Shown here: piece after piece, positions 9,860 to 18,859 of the stretch
How positions within the stretch are numbered: the first letter of the stretch is position 1
Layout: each line of letters starts with the position of its first letter
Source of the DNA: a virus
Taxonomy: Duplodnaviria; Caudoviricetes
Direction: 5' to 3' (one strand)
Length of the DNA stretch: 64,000 nucleotides
IMG/VR virus record: IMGVR_UViG_3300050142_000050
Location: 32,001-96,000 of that record
The notes under the pieces: model-generated
Database searches by the model: none
The model's input: only the letters and a program-made list of their open reading frames with translations
What the model was told of the DNA's origin: nothing
Made by a program: the position numbers and the translations under genes

Positions 9860-10471
9860 ATGGCAATTATCCGTATCAATCCAGGTGTTTCTTCGGGATA
9901 CGGGATGCCGAGTCTTTCGACGTTGATGGGATCTGGTGTGAGTGGTAGTGTCTTTGACAGTATCAACACCAATGCTCATGACGCTTTGTTCGCAGAGCGT
10001 TTTGCAGGGTTGCACCAGAACTTCATGGATCTCCATGTCAAGCCACTCGAAGCGGTGGCTCGTGAAGTAGGTGGTCTGTTCAATCAGGCTACTAACCCCA
10101 ACGTCTATCGACCACTGATCTCGGAGAATGACTTCTATGCAATTCCAAACTGCATGGAACTCCCGATCATGATGATGCCTGAAATGCGTAAGCTCCTAGT
10201 GGAGGGACGCATCAATGGTTTCGGCTATACCCCGGAAGATATCCCGGAAGACGACTCGTTCGGGCGAGTGCTCGATCGATTCCACGTACCCGACGTGGAA
10301 GCTGCATCCAATAAGGATGGCTATTTCACAGTGACTGCCAGGTTCGAAGAATTCGACCCTGTGTTGGACGACACGCAATTCTACGCATTGCGCCGTACTC
10401 GCGGTGCTATCCGTAAGTTGTTGGAAGACACGGAGCTCGATCCGACGGACATCGGCACGATTCGTGGGTGA
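9860..10471 (+). CDS. Conserved Chimalliviridae core hypothetical protein (203 aa)
   Basis: ORF with RBS; position after gp55-like gene and C-terminal DPT resemble a recalled core family. Confidence 0.65.
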   Translation: MAIIRINPGVSSGYGMPSLSTLMGSGVSGSVFDSINTNAHDALFAERFAGLHQNFMDLHVKPLEAVAREVGGLFNQATNPNVYRPLISENDFYAIPNCMELPIMMMPEMRKLLVEGRINGFGYTPEDIPEDDSFGRVLDRFHVPDVEAASNKDGYFTVTARFEEFDPVLDDTQFYALRRTRGAIRKLLEDTELDPTDIGTIRG

Positions 10472-10472
10472 T

Positions 10473-10516
10473 AGTGGAGGGTCCTAGGACCCTCCACTCT
10501 TTCCCTATAATTTTTT
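10473..10516 (+). terminator. 26-bp palindromic hairpin plus spaced T-tract
   Basis: AGTGGAGGGTCCTAGGACCCTCCACT then CTTTCCCTATAATTTTTT. Confidence 0.65.
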
Positions 10517-10533
10517 ATCGAGGAGACTCTATC

Positions 10534-10803
10534 ATGAGTAAACATATACTGACAGTCGACAAGAGACTCGCGGTTTCTTCGATCGTGATCCCGATGATCC
10601 TCCATAACCAGGGTATGAGATATCTCGGCCACCGTATGGACGTAGAGGCGGTCAGTAATACCGACGGTGAGTTTGTCGTATCCTACGCTTACTCCGACAT
10701 CGATCCTGAGCGTAGTGATGATGATCTGAGTACCATCCGCATGCTACATAAATCTCATTATAGCATGATGTGGGATGACATATACGAAGTCGGTGAGCTG
10801 TAA
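10534..10803 (+). CDS. Hypothetical protein (89 aa), partial paralog of 9860-10471
   Basis: AGGAG RBS at 10521, ATG 10534; shares a DVEAVSNTDGEF motif with both neighbours. Confidence 0.6.
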   Translation: MSKHILTVDKRLAVSSIVIPMILHNQGMRYLGHRMDVEAVSNTDGEFVVSYAYSDIDPERSDDDLSTIRMLHKSHYSMMWDDIYEVGEL

Positions 10804-10821
10804 CGACGAAAGGGTCGACCT

Positions 10822-11598
10822 ATGTCCGGAGTAGAAGTACAACTCAAGATGACTGGTCCTGAAGAGGACCTCAATACCCTCTATGAGGGACTCAAGAGAA
10901 CAAGGTGGCTCAACATCCCATTCGGACCTCATTGTCCTCCTGGGATAGAAGGTATCACTTCCAAGCTTATGAAAGAGCTTGATCCCGAAGTTCCAGGTGT
11001 GAAACTCTTACGTGAGGGTGGTTATACCTGCGTCTACGACTGGATGAAGAAGAATTGGGGTACTGAGCATGCTGAGATCACACGGGTCGATAAGAAGACC
11101 GTGGTCGAAGTACGGATCGATCCGGGTCATGACAACGTATATCCCATCTTGAACCACATCCGTGCTCAGTTTCCTAATGTCACCTTCGACTATGCTGATA
11201 GCGACACATTTGGTGTAGCTTATGAGCAGCAATATACACCAGGGATGATCCACATCCCGATCAAAGAGGAGACCATGAGTCATCTCAGTCTCGATCGGTC
11301 GTATGAGTTCGGGGATCCTGATTATACCTGGGATGGTAAACCCCTGACTATGTATGAAAGAGATCAGCTGTTCGAAAGAGATATGGAACATCTCAATGCC
11401 ACTTATGAGATAGAGTGTTATTGTTGTACCGATAAACAGTTCTATCCTGGATTTGGGTATGTACCCGATGTCGAAGCTGTGAGTGATAATGCTGGATATT
11501 TCGAGATAACAACTCGGACTAACGAGTTCTGCCCGCCTATGCCGGATGAAGTGATGAGATCACACAGAGTACTATATGCCCTAACGAATCAAACCTGA
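10822..11598 (+). CDS. Hypothetical protein; N-terminal YDW..NWGT ferredoxin-like (DUF1281/Api92-type) region plus C-terminal DVEA motif
   Basis: VYDWMKKNWGT motif; C-terminal PDVEAVSDNAGYF. Confidence 0.55.
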   Translation: MSGVEVQLKMTGPEEDLNTLYEGLKRTRWLNIPFGPHCPPGIEGITSKLMKELDPEVPGVKLLREGGYTCVYDWMKKNWGTEHAEITRVDKKTVVEVRIDPGHDNVYPILNHIRAQFPNVTFDYADSDTFGVAYEQQYTPGMIHIPIKEETMSHLSLDRSYEFGDPDYTWDGKPLTMYERDQLFERDMEHLNATYEIECYCCTDKQFYPGFGYVPDVEAVSDNAGYFEITTRTNEFCPPMPDEVMRSHRVLYALTNQT

Positions 11599-11603
11599 GG
11601 ATA

Positions 11604-12026
11604 TTGGTCATGGTAGGAATTCTGACTCTAGGCGGTAGTCTCACGATCACCGACCCACTGCGCATCATCGCTTATGTCATCAGGATGGCATGCTCAGTAC
11701 CAGCAGGTGCTGTGGATGATCTAGGTGGCTACATCTATTCCTTCAGGGAAATGGCCGGTCGACTGGGTCATGATCCTGATGGTCTGGCAGCTGAGATGAC
11801 ACGGTCCCTCAATGGTACCTACAGGCGCATCTTCACCGATACTCGGAGCGTGGTCGCATCTGTGACGGTCACTAAGTATGAGGATACTCGTACCTATGAC
11901 TTGAAACTCAATGTGATGTTCTCCAAAGAGAATGGGGATCTCGATACGCTAGGTACTGACATCACGATCGAAAACGGACAGATCGTCGTACCGACTGGTT
12001 CATTGGATCAGTATTTTGCAGACTAG
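11604..12026 (+). CDS. Conserved jumbo-phage hypothetical protein (140 aa)
   Basis: ORF; resembles a small recalled phiKZ-core family by size and position upstream of SbcD. Confidence 0.55.
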   Translation: MVMVGILTLGGSLTITDPLRIIAYVIRMACSVPAGAVDDLGGYIYSFREMAGRLGHDPDGLAAEMTRSLNGTYRRIFTDTRSVVASVTVTKYEDTRTYDLKLNVMFSKENGDLDTLGTDITIENGQIVVPTGSLDQYFAD

Positions 12027-12090
12027 TTAGGAGATAGTGGATTTATACTCTACCTCTCCATCGGCATGATATGCAATAAGGAGATATCCC

Positions 12091-12729
12091 ATGTCGGAAG
12101 AAAAAGAAAAACAACCCATCAGTCTGGAATTCTTCGACCTGTGTCGTACTGAGTTCATTCAGGATCTGGATGGACCCATCGTACTGTCAGCTTCGGAGTT
12201 CGCTCCTTATCAGGAGGCATTCTATCCTGACAAAGAGCGGTATGAGAATGATGGCGAGTATCGTAAGCATCTGTCTCAGGTGCGTGCGGCAGCTCAGTCG
12301 CAGTTGCGGTGGTCGCCCTATCGTTATTTCATCATCGTGAGTGATACCAATCGCGATGAAGTACTCCTGACGACTATCCCGATCTTCAATCGGATCAGTA
12401 GCGATCGGTCGGAACGACTCTCTCGGCGTCAACCTGGCGGTAGTCCTCTGGCTAATAAACTGGCGGATCTGGATGCAGTATCCAGCTTCGAGTCGCTCAT
12501 GGAGAGTAATCATACCCCAGAGATGGTGGAATACTTCCAGAAGGCCAATATGCGGACCAAGGTCTTGCATACCCTCTGGATGACAAAGACCGCTACTGAT
12601 GCACAGCTCGCAGAGCGTGGTTATAAGCGTGTCGATGGTGTGATCTATCCCCTCGAGGATGATCCTGAGGCCCCCAAGCCGGTAGGTACTATCGTACCCA
12701 CACTCGAGTTCGATGACGATGAGGACTGA
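12091..12729 (+). CDS. Hypothetical protein (212 aa) with acidic C-terminus
   Basis: AAGGAG RBS; overlaps the SbcD start. Confidence 0.65.
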   Translation: MSEEKEKQPISLEFFDLCRTEFIQDLDGPIVLSASEFAPYQEAFYPDKERYENDGEYRKHLSQVRAAAQSQLRWSPYRYFIIVSDTNRDEVLLTTIPIFNRISSDRSERLSRRQPGGSPLANKLADLDAVSSFESLMESNHTPEMVEYFQKANMRTKVLHTLWMTKTATDAQLAERGYKRVDGVIYPLEDDPEAPKPVGTIVPTLEFDDDED

Positions 12730-13870
12730 ACCTAAGTTCCTCATGATGTCCGATCTCCACTATGGCTCTAGGGATATTCCTCCGCATGAGATGGCGGATG
12801 CTTTCAGGAAGACTGTGTTCCCCATGGTCGGTGATGTTGACTTGATCTGCATCAATGGGGACTTCTACGATGATGCGATTGAATTTGACTCCGTCACATT
12901 CGATTGTGTCTATAATCTGATCGTGGATTTGATGCGCGAGTGCCAGCAACATGGGACTAAGTTGAGACTCATGCAAGGTACTTGGACGCATGATCGTGGT
13001 CAGGTCCAGAAGTTCGATCTTTTCTACAAGAGCCATCAGTTCGACTTTGACTTCCGTTTCGTCAGGAATATCGATTTTGAGGAGATCTCCTTTGGGGAGA
13101 AGACTCTTCGATTTATGTATGTCCCTGACGATATCGGTTACACCTCTTCTGAAGATGCCGTACAGGCTATCAAGGAAAAGATGAGTGATCGAGGGTGGGA
13201 CTATGTCGATTATGGTTGTATGCATGACTTCTTTGACTTCACATTCCCCAAGAATGTGAGCACTGAATACCGTCGTGTATATCGAGAGGAACAATTCCCA
13301 TTCGTCCATAAAGCGATCAATGTGGGTCATGTCCATCAATACCGAGTAGGTCCGATGAGTAAGGCCATCTCCAATGGTGGATTCGATCGCTATGTCCATG
13401 GTGACGAAGATGCTAAGGGGATGATCCTCTATGTCGATAAGGAAGATAGCTACACGGCCACTTTTGTGGAGAACAAGTTTGCAGCTGTCTTTGACACATT
13501 GGTGATCCCAGAGAGTCTCACGACTGAACAGATCACCAAGCTCATCACAGATCATCTCAATAGTCTCGCGACTGACCGCAGAGTCAATCTGAGGTTTGTG
13601 GTGGACACGATCAATAAGTGGTCAGTGATCCGTGAGTGGATGAGGGATAATTACCGAGACGTCAGATGTTCGATGAAGAGATCAAAGACTGTCACTCCGA
13701 TCAAGATGGTCAATGGTCCCCTCCTCACGACCAGCAGTAGTGCAGAACCTGAAGAGATTCCCACTCCTGCTAATCTGGCTACTTTGGTAAAAGCCATGCT
13801 CAATCCTGAAGATCCAATCACGATCGATGAGATCCAGAAACATTTGGATGGTCCTGTAGGAACGTCCTAG
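12713..13870 (+). CDS. sbcD: SbcD/Mre11-like metallophosphoesterase nuclease subunit
   Basis: Calcineurin-like motifs SDLH, NGDFYD, QGTWTHD, MHD, VGHVH; syntenic with phiKZ gp65. Confidence 0.85.
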   Translation: MTMRTEPKFLMMSDLHYGSRDIPPHEMADAFRKTVFPMVGDVDLICINGDFYDDAIEFDSVTFDCVYNLIVDLMRECQQHGTKLRLMQGTWTHDRGQVQKFDLFYKSHQFDFDFRFVRNIDFEEISFGEKTLRFMYVPDDIGYTSSEDAVQAIKEKMSDRGWDYVDYGCMHDFFDFTFPKNVSTEYRRVYREEQFPFVHKAINVGHVHQYRVGPMSKAISNGGFDRYVHGDEDAKGMILYVDKEDSYTATFVENKFAAVFDTLVIPESLTTEQITKLITDHLNSLATDRRVNLRFVVDTINKWSVIREWMRDNYRDVRCSMKRSKTVTPIKMVNGPLLTTSSSAEPEEIPTPANLATLVKAMLNPEDPITIDEIQKHLDGPVGTS

Positions 13871-13887
13871 TCTAGGGATGGTATTCC

Positions 13888-14808
13888 ATGAGGCAATTTC
13901 CAGATAAGACTAAAATGCCCCTCTCACAAGACGGGAGTGAGGTCATCCGTGGTTCTTCCATGGGTTTCAACCTCATCCTGAAATTGTGGGAGGAGGCATC
14001 TTTGGTGGATATCAATCCGAGGACGAATGCGATCCTCGTGTCGGTAGCTACCATATTCCGAAACGTGTGGGATACCCCCAACATCGATCGGAGTAAGATG
14101 AGTGAATGGGTACTCAACGACATCTTCATGCTTGCTGACTATGTGGATACCTATCTGCATCATACAAGCATGGTCCATGAGATGAAGCGTAAGCTTCCCA
14201 TCATCATCTATTTTCCCAAATACAGCGCTATCAGAGAGGATAGACGTAAGCCCCTCACTGATCGTGACAAACTCTTCGAAGAGGCCTATACGGCCTTCAG
14301 TAAGCGAGGGGTGATAGATGGTCAAGTAGTCCACCAGACACCTAAGTGTAAGGTGTTCACCTCGATTGTGGGGTCTGCTCACGGATTACCCTTCCGAGAA
14401 CTAGCAGCTCAGTTGCGCATGTACTCCACACTGTCCGACGTCCTATATACTCCGGGTTCTCCGTCCTATCTCATTAGTCACAATGACTTGGACTTCTATT
14501 TCCTGGACATCGTCAGGAACTCGTCCATCTTGCGCAGTCATACTGGCGCACTGATCGGTAAGAAAGATCTTGCGAAGAGGATAGATTCCAGTGGGATAAT
14601 TCCTTTCAATCCTCTAACGCATGGTATGTTTGGTGACAAAGTCATGGTGAAAAGACTCCTCGATATCAAGGGGAAGAAACTCATCATGGATGCGGCAGCC
14701 AAAGAGAATTGGTTGATCCGCTCTGAAGGAGATATCGCTCGAAGTGTCGCCAAGATACTCTCGATTCCCCTGTCGGATGTGATGAAAATGCGCATCCGTG
14801 GAGTGTGA
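13888..14808 (+). CDS. Conserved core protein, possible PIN/5'-3' exonuclease-like fold (phiKZ gp66 position)
   Basis: ILVSVATIFRNVW motif; position between SbcD and the ChmC-like gene. Fold assignment is tentative. Confidence 0.5.
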   Translation: MRQFPDKTKMPLSQDGSEVIRGSSMGFNLILKLWEEASLVDINPRTNAILVSVATIFRNVWDTPNIDRSKMSEWVLNDIFMLADYVDTYLHHTSMVHEMKRKLPIIIYFPKYSAIREDRRKPLTDRDKLFEEAYTAFSKRGVIDGQVVHQTPKCKVFTSIVGSAHGLPFRELAAQLRMYSTLSDVLYTPGSPSYLISHNDLDFYFLDIVRNSSILRSHTGALIGKKDLAKRIDSSGIIPFNPLTHGMFGDKVMVKRLLDIKGKKLIMDAAAKENWLIRSEGDIARSVAKILSIPLSDVMKMRIRGV

Positions 14809-14857
14809 TATTCTATGAATAACCCAGGCCGTAACTGGCCTTTTTGAGGGAACCTGT

Positions 14858-15607
14858 ATGTCTGATAAGCCCCAATATGCGAAGACCGAGTTTGGCGATA
14901 TCGTCCACAATAGTCTGGTCACTTCGACTGCCAAGGAAAATCGTGAGGCCAAACTGAGCCTCAGCGTCTTCAAGGGCAATGCCTCATTTTCGGTCAATAT
15001 CGGTACTGGTGGTTCGCCCTGGCGTCAGGGTCTGACTGCTCCCTACCGCATCGCTATCGCTGCGGTACTGCGTGAGATCCGCAAACAACCCAACACCTGT
15101 CGCCAGACCATCGGTGTGAAGGCTTTCGAGAAGGATCCCCAGACAGGTCGTCTCTCTCCAAAGCCCACCGGTACGATCACGATCGGTATCGATGATCAGA
15201 TGACCCTCTTCATCGAGCTGGCCTTCAACACCCTCAATGGTGGCCAGCGTCTCACCTTCCCGATCAAGATTCCAGGTACTCTGGATATGTCGGAAACCTC
15301 GCTGACCGAGCGTGATCTGATTTGCATCTGCATCGACTATGTGATCGATGGTCTGATCACCCAGGCAGGTCTGGGCGTACGACTCTCGTCCGTGCGCTCG
15401 CAGCGTCCTGGTGGCGGTGGTGGTAACTGGGGTGGCAACAACCGTCAAGGCGGTGGTGGCGGTGGTTGGAATGGCGGCGGCAACAACGGCGGTGGCCAGC
15501 GCCAGGGTGGCTGGAACGGTGGAAACTCCGGAGGCGGTAGCTCTGGTGGTGGCAACAATGGTGGCGGTGGCGCTGCCAGCGACGATGACGACGGTATCGC
15601 GTTCTAA
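14858..15607 (+). CDS. ChmC-like nucleic-acid-binding protein with Gly/Asn-rich disordered tail and acidic end
   Basis: About 180-aa folded N-terminus, then GGGGGNWGGNNRQGGGGGGWNGGGNN... ending DDDDGIAF. Immediately upstream of the gp68-like subunit, the position of ChmC in PhiPA3/phiKZ as I recall it. Confidence 0.6.
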   Translation: MSDKPQYAKTEFGDIVHNSLVTSTAKENREAKLSLSVFKGNASFSVNIGTGGSPWRQGLTAPYRIAIAAVLREIRKQPNTCRQTIGVKAFEKDPQTGRLSPKPTGTITIGIDDQMTLFIELAFNTLNGGQRLTFPIKIPGTLDMSETSLTERDLICICIDYVIDGLITQAGLGVRLSSVRSQRPGGGGGNWGGNNRQGGGGGGWNGGGNNGGGQRQGGWNGGNSGGGSSGGGNNGGGGAASDDDDGIAF

Positions 15608-15623
15608 TCGCACAATCACAGAC

Positions 15624-15651
15624 AGAGGGTGGGCCACACGGCCCACCCTCT
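15624..15651 (+). terminator. GC-rich hairpin
   Basis: AGAGGGTGGGCC-ACAC-GGCCCACCCTCT. Confidence 0.6.
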
Positions 15652-15695
15652 AGACTATGGATTATCCTTCAGTATACTGAATGTGATTTAATCCT

Positions 15696-15703
15696 CATAT
15701 TAC
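15696..15703 (+). promoter_or_regulatory. Putative early promoter motif CATATTAC
   Basis: Intergenic, 90 nt upstream of the gp68-like ATG. Confidence 0.4.
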
Positions 15704-15792
15704 TCACATGACCATTAAACTTGCTGATGGTTTCTCTGAAACTTAAATAGTTTCCATCACAAATTGATATGTAATATAGCGAGGGGTCATCT

Positions 15793-17481
15793 ATGCTGAA
15801 CATCATCACTACAGCGACGACTGCCGGTAAACGAGAGTTTTCGGCATCGATTCGTTATCTGACTAAAGGGGAAATGTCCCCAGACGTCACGTTCATGGTG
15901 AGGTCCTTCAAGAAGTGCTCTACCCCAGAGAAGGGAGAGAAGACTGAGGACTGGGAGGACGAAAGCGACAGCGAGACTGTCAAGTCCATGTATCCTGCCA
16001 ATCTGTTCTTCAACAAGTTGACCGACGAAGAGCAGGGTGAACTCTACGACATGTATGTCAGGGTGAAAGACCTGATCGGTCGTATGAATCTGGAGAACTA
16101 CCGTGTCATCCAGGATTTGATCCGTAAGCGAGTGACACAGACGCTCAAGGTCATCAATATCGCCAATCGGTTGGTGGAGTTTGCAGCGGATCCCATCTTC
16201 CTCTATCCGGACCTGACAGAAGCCGGTAAGGGTGCAAACCACACTGAGGAGCGGACCTACCATCACGGTGACTATCTGGTCCTCACGGGTATTTCTATCC
16301 TGAGCAAGATCGTCTACCCAATCTGCGGTGAGATCCACAATCTTCCTCGTATCATCGGGGATGAGACTCTCTTCGACATGATTGGGTTGGATATCATCGA
16401 ACCCACATTGGAGTCTGGTCCTTTTGGTCCTGTATACAACAAGCTCCAGAATACCATCCGCAAGACTGTCACGACCACTTTGGAGCGCCAGGATAAGGCA
16501 CTCAACAATCAGGCTCAGGATACTCGCTTCGTCTTGAGCCACTCGGGTGGATTTAAGGGTCGTTTCATCGACTCGGTTATCGCCCACATCATCACACGTA
16601 GGATGGCTTCCTTTAGCCCGTCCACTATGGTCAGGGGAAAACGCCCCAATGCGATGGTCTTCATCGACAATGCGATTACTCGTTCGACTGTGTCGAAGAT
16701 CGCTGGTATGAAGAAAGGTATGACAGTCGTACCTCGCTGGGAACTCAGTAGTGGTGATGGTGAGCAGGATAACGCATCCATGCTCGATCACATCTCACGT
16801 TCTGGGTCCAGGCCGATCGACTACTCGGTCATCACAGCTGTGAGCGCTGAGCGTCATGTCATCCCCAAGATGCTGGCTCTCTTCGATACACCGATCGATG
16901 TGTATTTGAGTGCGCTTGAGTATTATCGTATCCATCCCTTTGAGATCTCTTGCTTCACCCAGAGTATGGCGGCATCCTTTGCTGGTATGCGCTTTGGTGG
17001 ATCCAAGTGTCTCAACTGGCTACCCAATCCCATCTATGTACAGCTGGTTACGATCATGCAAATCTGGATGGTGCAAAATGGGTTGCATCGGGTGGCTTCC
17101 TTGTGCTCTGCGATCAACTCAGAGGACATCATCGATGCTGCGGACTCGACAGTACCGATCATCGCTATCCGTGAGCGTACGCCCATGGAGAAGGAATACA
17201 CGCTGTGCGAATCCTTGTTCCGGGGTAATGTCACCCGGGAAGTCGCAGGCTCCAAGAGGCGTGGAGCTAAGAAGGAAGTCGAAACCATCGGTTTTCGTAC
17301 CCTGATTTCCGGACTCGTCGAATGGCTCGGTCAGTACTCCCATAAGGAGAACATGGCTCCGAGTATCTGGAAGCTCAGGGGTGAAGAAGACTATCCCATC
17401 CACATGTCGGAATGTACAGTCGAGTCTACAATCATGGTCGACGTATGTCGTTACTATCTGATGATGCATAGCTCGACTTGA
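15793..17481 (+). CDS. nvRNAP promoter-specificity (sigma-like) subunit, phiKZ gp68-like
   Basis: 562 aa; ERTYHHGDYLVLT...YPICGEI segment matches the recalled gp68 family pattern; syntenic. Confidence 0.72.
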   Translation: MLNIITTATTAGKREFSASIRYLTKGEMSPDVTFMVRSFKKCSTPEKGEKTEDWEDESDSETVKSMYPANLFFNKLTDEEQGELYDMYVRVKDLIGRMNLENYRVIQDLIRKRVTQTLKVINIANRLVEFAADPIFLYPDLTEAGKGANHTEERTYHHGDYLVLTGISILSKIVYPICGEIHNLPRIIGDETLFDMIGLDIIEPTLESGPFGPVYNKLQNTIRKTVTTTLERQDKALNNQAQDTRFVLSHSGGFKGRFIDSVIAHIITRRMASFSPSTMVRGKRPNAMVFIDNAITRSTVSKIAGMKKGMTVVPRWELSSGDGEQDNASMLDHISRSGSRPIDYSVITAVSAERHVIPKMLALFDTPIDVYLSALEYYRIHPFEISCFTQSMAASFAGMRFGGSKCLNWLPNPIYVQLVTIMQIWMVQNGLHRVASLCSAINSEDIIDAADSTVPIIAIRERTPMEKEYTLCESLFRGNVTREVAGSKRRGAKKEVETIGFRTLISGLVEWLGQYSHKENMAPSIWKLRGEEDYPIHMSECTVESTIMVDVCRYYLMMHSST

Positions 17482-17503
17482 CATCTCACTAGGTGAGGTA
17501 TTT

Positions 17504-18802
17504 ATGTCGTATTCCACGATACATGCTGAGGTGCTCAAACGGGCACCTGTGGGACATGAAGAAGTAGGTTTCTCAACGATCGGGGATAGGTTAAACCTCC
17601 CCGTCGCAGAGGTGCCGACCCATGACCGATATGACGACGAAGGTGACAATCAGTCCATCGTCATGTCGGTGGGTGATCCTCTGGCTATCAGGATAGATCA
17701 CCCCCACAAAATCCTGAAGACCATGGGGATCTCCTCTAAGGGAGGTAAGGATAGTCTTACCTCCACTCTCCACTACATCTTCGATGAAAAGACAGTGGTG
17801 CCTTACCGCACCAAGATCGAGACCGGTCCTCAAGCCGGAAATGTAGTGACCCATATGCCTAACCTCAACTACATACGCTCAGCTGTATTTGGGGCCAGTG
17901 GTATCTCCACAGATTGTACCTCCGCAATCGTTGAGGAAGTGGTGAAAATTCAGCAGACTGGTAGGAGGAGTTCCTTCTCTGGCGAGTGGGCTGAGGAGAA
18001 CCTGATTCCAATCGTGGAGAGATGTCCGTCTACCAGATTGGACTTTGGATCGAGGTGGTTCCTCGACTTCGGTGATGGCCTCATCGAAGAGATGGATAAA
18101 GTCGATGGTTATTCGTTCGGGGGGAGTGATGCCGATAGGTTGGTGGATATGGTCATTCCACCGATGAAGTATCTACCCACTGCGTTCAGTTCTTACACTG
18201 AGAATGCAGCTCCGATGAACCACCTGTGGCCGCTCTACAATCGGAACTTTTCCGAATGGAACAATGGGACCCCTATCGAGATCCCCAATCTACCTCCAAA
18301 GGCGAGGTTCATGACCAACCCAACAGGGTTTCCTTCCACCCTCAACTTCCTCGATAGGTTACCCTTCACAGATGTCAATGTCGATATCCTGATGACGGTA
18401 GAGAAAGTCCATCATTTCGTCAATAGCGGCATCTACAACAGGTATAGTGGATATTCACTCCGTAACCTGGGTAACATCGAATATGACGAGCAACTCGAGC
18501 TCCTATTCCCAATCGATGTACTGCGATGGGTAGTGATGGAATTTTCAAGGAGTCCTGGGTTCCACTGGCAGGTGGCGTATGAGATAGAGACTCGTCCCAT
18601 CAAAATGAAGATCGTGAAAACGATAGGAGAAGAAGCTTCGGTCTTCATCTACGATTACGCCAGTGATGAAAAAGCAGCCCCTATCTGCGGTGCTTATTTT
18701 GACATATCTTTGGTGTCGCTTGCACCTACTTCGATCATGGATCCGTCTATCAGCGTACAACGTCCTTCCCAAGACGATCGAAGCTTCATATTACAAACAT
18801 GA
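17504..18802 (+). CDS. Probable phage-nucleus import factor (PicA/Imp1, phiKZ gp69 position)
   Basis: Synteny only (directly after gp68-like); 432 aa. No motif confirmed. Confidence 0.45.
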   Translation: MSYSTIHAEVLKRAPVGHEEVGFSTIGDRLNLPVAEVPTHDRYDDEGDNQSIVMSVGDPLAIRIDHPHKILKTMGISSKGGKDSLTSTLHYIFDEKTVVPYRTKIETGPQAGNVVTHMPNLNYIRSAVFGASGISTDCTSAIVEEVVKIQQTGRRSSFSGEWAEENLIPIVERCPSTRLDFGSRWFLDFGDGLIEEMDKVDGYSFGGSDADRLVDMVIPPMKYLPTAFSSYTENAAPMNHLWPLYNRNFSEWNNGTPIEIPNLPPKARFMTNPTGFPSTLNFLDRLPFTDVNVDILMTVEKVHHFVNSGIYNRYSGYSLRNLGNIEYDEQLELLFPIDVLRWVVMEFSRSPGFHWQVAYEIETRPIKMKIVKTIGEEASVFIYDYASDEKAAPICGAYFDISLVSLAPTSIMDPSISVQRPSQDDRSFILQT

Positions 18803-18859
18803 ACAGCTGTTGTCCTATGAAAAAGGTGCTGTTTCAATTTTCACAAACGGGAGTTAATC

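Noticed and set aside
15669-15682. TTCAGTATACTGAA palindrome as an operator upstream of the gp68-like gene
   Set aside because: Single intergenic instance; the same core also occurs inside a CDS near 565; no regulator identified.
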